Below, piece by piece: positions 16,738 to 19,279 of a stretch of DNA of 19,279 bases. The notes below the pieces were generated by a model. It was not told the DNA's origin. It did not search any database and saw only the letters and a list, made by a program, of their open reading frames with translations. The stretch is from a virus (lineage: Duplodnaviria > Heunggongvirae > Uroviricota > Caudoviricetes), in IMG/VR virus record IMGVR_UViG_2534681764_000019, positions 1 to 19,279 of that record. One strand, given 5' to 3'. Position 1 is the stretch's first letter, and each line of letters begins with the position of its first letter. The position numbers were made by a program, and so were the translations under genes.

Positions 16738-17341
16738 ACCAGCGCGAAGACGATGTAAAAACGATGAATGTCGGGAATGGTTTCACCCTGCATTCGCTAA
16801 TCAGTGGTGGTGCTCTCCAGAGTGTGGAACCAAGATAGCACTCGAACGACGAAGTAAAGAACGCGAAAAAGCGGAAAAAGCAGCAGAGAAGAAACGACGA
16901 CGAGAGGAGCAGAAACAGAAAGATAAACTTAAGATTAGAAAACTCGCCTTAAAGCCCCGCAGTTACTGGATTAAACAAGCCCAACAAGCCGTAAACGCCT
17001 TCATCAGAGAAAGAGACCGCGACTTACCATGTATCTCTTGCGGAACGCTCACGTCTGCTCAGTGGGATGCCGGACATTACCGGACAACTGCTGCGGCACC
17101 TCAACTCCGATTTGATGAACGCAATATTCACAAGCAATGCGTGGTGTGCAACCAGCACAAAAGCGGAAATCTCGTTCCGTATCGCGTCGAACTGATTAGC
17201 CGCATCGGGCAGGAAGCAGTAGACGAAATCGAATCAAACCATAACCGCCATCGCTGGACTGTCGAAGAGTGCAGGGCCATCAAGGCGGAGTATCAGCAGA
17301 AACTCAAAGACCTGAGAAACAGCAGAAGTGAGGCCGCATGA
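16727..17341 (+). CDS. ninG: NinG (Rap, recombination-associated structure-specific endonuclease)
   Basis: 204-aa [45 protein letters not shown]..., lambda NinG as recalled. Confidence 0.9.
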
Positions 17342-17397
17342 CGTTCTCAGTAAAAACCATTCCAGATCACAAGGGAGAAGGCGCATGGGCATAAGAG
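17338..17397 (+). pseudogene. ninH: Truncated ninH remnant (19 codons) at the junction with a non-lambda Q module
   Basis: [21 protein letters not shown] then stop; the first 10 residues match the lambda NinH N-terminus as recalled; overlaps the Q-like start. Confidence 0.5.
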
Positions 17398-17873
17398 AAC
17401 TAAACCTCACCAAAGAACAGCACGAGTGGCTGAATGGCTGGCTTGAACTGTGGGGCGCATGGGTTTATTCAGGTCGTCTGGAAAAGCGCATGAGCAGCGT
17501 AATAGCTAAGTTCATGGAGAGCGTAGAGCCGGGAAGAGTTATGACAAGGCCAATGTGTAATGATGATGATGGAATGTTGATTTCTCAGGTCGTCGATTCC
17601 GTCATGTACATTGACAAGAAAGCCTTTGGCATCCTCCTCAGCTACTACGCCCACGGCTCTTCCAAGCACGCCATTGCATCTTACTATCATCGCGTCGCAA
17701 GACCTCGCAAGATGTTATGCCGGGGCGGCGGGCGCATTCAAAAACCATCGCTCGCAACCTGTCGACGGGAAGTTGACGAAATCCTCAATGCCTCGTTGTT
17801 TATGATTTACCCGGCTCTGGATAGTGCGTTTAAAAATCGGAAACGTGTAGAGAAAATTAAACATGTAGCATAG
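17385..17873 (+). CDS. Late-gene antiterminator Q, short non-lambda type (possibly Q21-like)
   Basis: 162-aa ORF MGIRELNLTKEQHEWLNGWLELWGAWVYSGRLEKRMSSV... with AGGGAGAAGG RBS; not lambda Q as I recall it; position between nin and lysis genes; family assignment is from memory. Confidence 0.7.
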   Translation: MGIRELNLTKEQHEWLNGWLELWGAWVYSGRLEKRMSSVIAKFMESVEPGRVMTRPMCNDDDGMLISQVVDSVMYIDKKAFGILLSYYAHGSSKHAIASYYHRVARPRKMLCRGGGRIQKPSLATCRREVDEILNASLFMIYPALDSAFKNRKRVEKIKHVA

Positions 17874-17879
17874 AACGTG

Positions 17880-17908
17880 TTGACATCATTGAGCAAATGA
17901 GCAACACT
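17880..17908 (+). promoter_or_regulatory. Candidate late promoter pR' (-35 TTGACA) just after the Q stop
   Basis: TTGACA at 17880-17885; only a weak -10 candidate 17-19 nt downstream; placement expected from lambdoid organisation. Confidence 0.3.
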
Positions 17909-17920
17909 ATTGGCATAAGC

Positions 17921-17960
17921 TGCCGTTAGTGACTCTTAAGTTGCAACGGTGGCTTTTTTT
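17921..17960 (+). terminator. Candidate tR'-like terminator (weak stem plus T7 tract)
   Basis: GCCGTT...AACGG stem with a long loop, followed by GGCTTTTTTT. Confidence 0.4.
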
Positions 17961-17964
17961 ATTT

Positions 17965-18039
17965 GGGTCAGTCGTATAAAGGTCATTACGGAAGGCTGTT
18001 AACCTTCTTATCGTGGTTCGAGTCCACGCTGTCCCGCCA
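17965..18039 (+). tRNA. tRNA-like gene, anticodon GUU (Asn), two stem mismatches
   Basis: Hand-folded cloverleaf: acceptor GGGTCAG/CTGTCCC (one T-T mismatch), anticodon stem GAAGG/CCTTC with loop CTGTTAA, T-arm CGTGG-TTCGAGT-CCACG, encoded CCA; D-stem imperfect. Confidence 0.5.
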
Positions 18040-18044
18040 AATAT

Positions 18045-18120
18045 GCTGGTTTAGCTCCAATGGTAGAGCAGTCGCCTTGTAAGCGAATGGGTAGCGGTTC
18101 AAGTCCGTTAACCAGCACCA
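18045..18120 (+). tRNA. tRNA-like gene, anticodon UGU (Thr)
   Basis: Hand-folded 76-nt cloverleaf: perfect acceptor GCTGGTT/AACCAGC, D-arm GCTC-CAATGGTA-GAGC, anticodon loop CTTGTAA (one G-A mismatch at the stem base), T-arm AGCGG-TTCAAGT-CCGTT, encoded ACCA. Confidence 0.55.
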
Positions 18121-18362
18121 TAACTGAGCCGTAGCCACTGGCTATCCTGAATTCATCAGTGATAGTTACGCTGCGGCATTCTACGCATGACCTTCGTGAA
18201 AGCGGGTGGCAAGAGGCTGCGCTAACAACCTCCTGCCGTTTTGCCCGTGCATATCGGTCACGAACAAATCTGATTACTAAACACAGTAGCCTGGATTTGT
18301 TCTATCAGTAATCGACATTATTCCTAATTAAATAGAGCAAATCCCCTTATTGTGGGTAAGAC

Positions 18363-18686
18363 ATGAAGATGCCAGAAAAACATGACCTGTTAGCCGCCAT
18401 TCTCGCGGCAAAGGAACAAGGCATCGGGGCAATCCTTGCGTTTGCAATGGCGTACCTTCGCGGCAGATATAATGGCGGTGCGTTTACAAAAACAGTAATC
18501 GACGCAACGATGTGCGCCATTATCGCCTGGTTCATTCGTGACCTTCTCGACTTCGCCGGACTAAGTAGCAATCTCGCTTATATAACGAGCGTGTTCATCG
18601 GCTACATCGGTACTGACTCGATTGGTTCGCTTATCAAACGCTTCGCTGCTAAAAAAGCCGGAGTAGAAGATGGTGGAAATCAATAA
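18363..18686 (+). CDS. S: Holin/antiholin S (dual-start motif Met-Lys-Met)
   Basis: 107-aa [46 protein letters not shown]..., lambda S as recalled. Confidence 0.95.
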   Translation: MKMPEKHDLLAAILAAKEQGIGAILAFAMAYLRGRYNGGAFTKTVIDATMCAIIAWFIRDLLDFAGLSSNLAYITSVFIGYIGTDSIGSLIKRFAAKKAGVEDGGNQ

Positions 18687-19146
18687 TCAACGTAAGGCGT
18701 TCCTCGATATGCTGGCGTGGTCGGAGGGAACTGATAACGGACGGCAGAAAACCAGAAATCATGGTTATGACGTCATTGTAGGCGGAGAGCTATTCACTGA
18801 TTACTCTGATCACCCTCGCAAACTTGTCACGCTAAACCTCAAACTCAAATCAACAGCAGCCGGTCGCTACCAGCTTCTTTCACGCTGGTGGGATGCCTAC
18901 CGCAAGCAACTTGGCCTGAAAGATTTTTCTCCAGAAAGCCAGGATGCTGTAGCGCTGCAGCAGATTAAAGAGCGTGGCGCTTTACCGATGATTGACCGCG
19001 GCGATATTCGTCAGGCAATCGACCGTTGCAGCAATATCTGGGCTTCGTTGCCGGGGGCTGGTTACGGTCAGTATGAACATAGAATCGGTGACCTGATTGC
19101 CCGATTTAAAGAAGCTGGTGGGGTGGTAAATGAAGCTGAGATATAA
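18670..19146 (+). CDS. R: Endolysin R (lytic transglycosylase)
   Basis: 158-aa [45 protein letters not shown]..., lambda R as recalled; overlaps the S end. Confidence 0.95.
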   Translation: MVEINNQRKAFLDMLAWSEGTDNGRQKTRNHGYDVIVGGELFTDYSDHPRKLVTLNLKLKSTAAGRYQLLSRWWDAYRKQLGLKDFSPESQDAVALQQIKERGALPMIDRGDIRQAIDRCSNIWASLPGAGYGQYEHRIGDLIARFKEAGGVVNEAEI

Positions 19147-19279
19147 GCTGGTTATTGTTGCCTTCTTTGTTACCGTCATTGGTTCTTTTATCTGGTCTGC
19201 CGGGCATTACTACAGCAAATATCAGCACGAAAAGGAGCGTGCTGATGAGGCTGTACGAAATGCTGAATCTGCAACAGCT
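19130..19279 (+). CDS. Rz: Rz-like inner-membrane spanin, 5' part only (truncated by window end)
   Basis: [52 protein letters not shown] with N-terminal TM helix and GGTGG RBS; overlaps the R 3' end; sequence differs from lambda Rz as recalled. Confidence 0.65.
   Translation, partial: MKLRYKLVIVAFFVTVIGSFIWSAGHYYSKYQHEKERADEAVRNAESATA

Noticed and set aside
18121-18250. Possible third tRNA after the two tRNA-like genes
   Set aside because: No T-loop (TTCGA-like) or acceptor pairing could be folded; treated as leader sequence upstream of S.
18347-19179. Minus-strand ORFs of 74 and 65 aa within S and R
   Set aside because: Antisense to well-supported lysis genes.

Overview
This window is the left junction and early/regulatory half of a lambda-like (lambdoid) prophage integrated at the E. 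coli lambda attachment site. It starts with host ybhC (1-1284, minus strand) and the attL core GCTTTTTTATACTAA (1331-1345), then runs through int, xis, a long leftward pL operon, the immunity region, the replication and nin genes, a Q antiterminator, two tRNA-like genes and the S/R/Rz lysis genes, continuing past the window end. Protein and site identities are from my recollection of the lambda reference; nothing was searched. The backbone is lambda-like (int, xis, ral, N, OL, cI, OR, cro, nutL, nutR, O with ori iterons, P, ren, NinB-G, S, R), but several modules are swapped. The most interesting is a single ParA/MinD-family ATPase gene (10347-11369, minus) sitting where lambda carries the rexA-rexB exclusion genes, flanked by its own terminator and by operator-like palindromes. 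Other non-lambda modules are a Sak/Rad52-like annealase + SSB + HNH endonuclease in place of exo-bet-gam, a tightly coupled cassette of unknown genes ending in a 350-aa zinc-ribbon protein, a divergent cII, a short non-lambda Q joined inside a truncated ninH, and a stand-alone 80-aa gene with its own promoter near xis. No CRISPR array, IS element or rRNA was seen.
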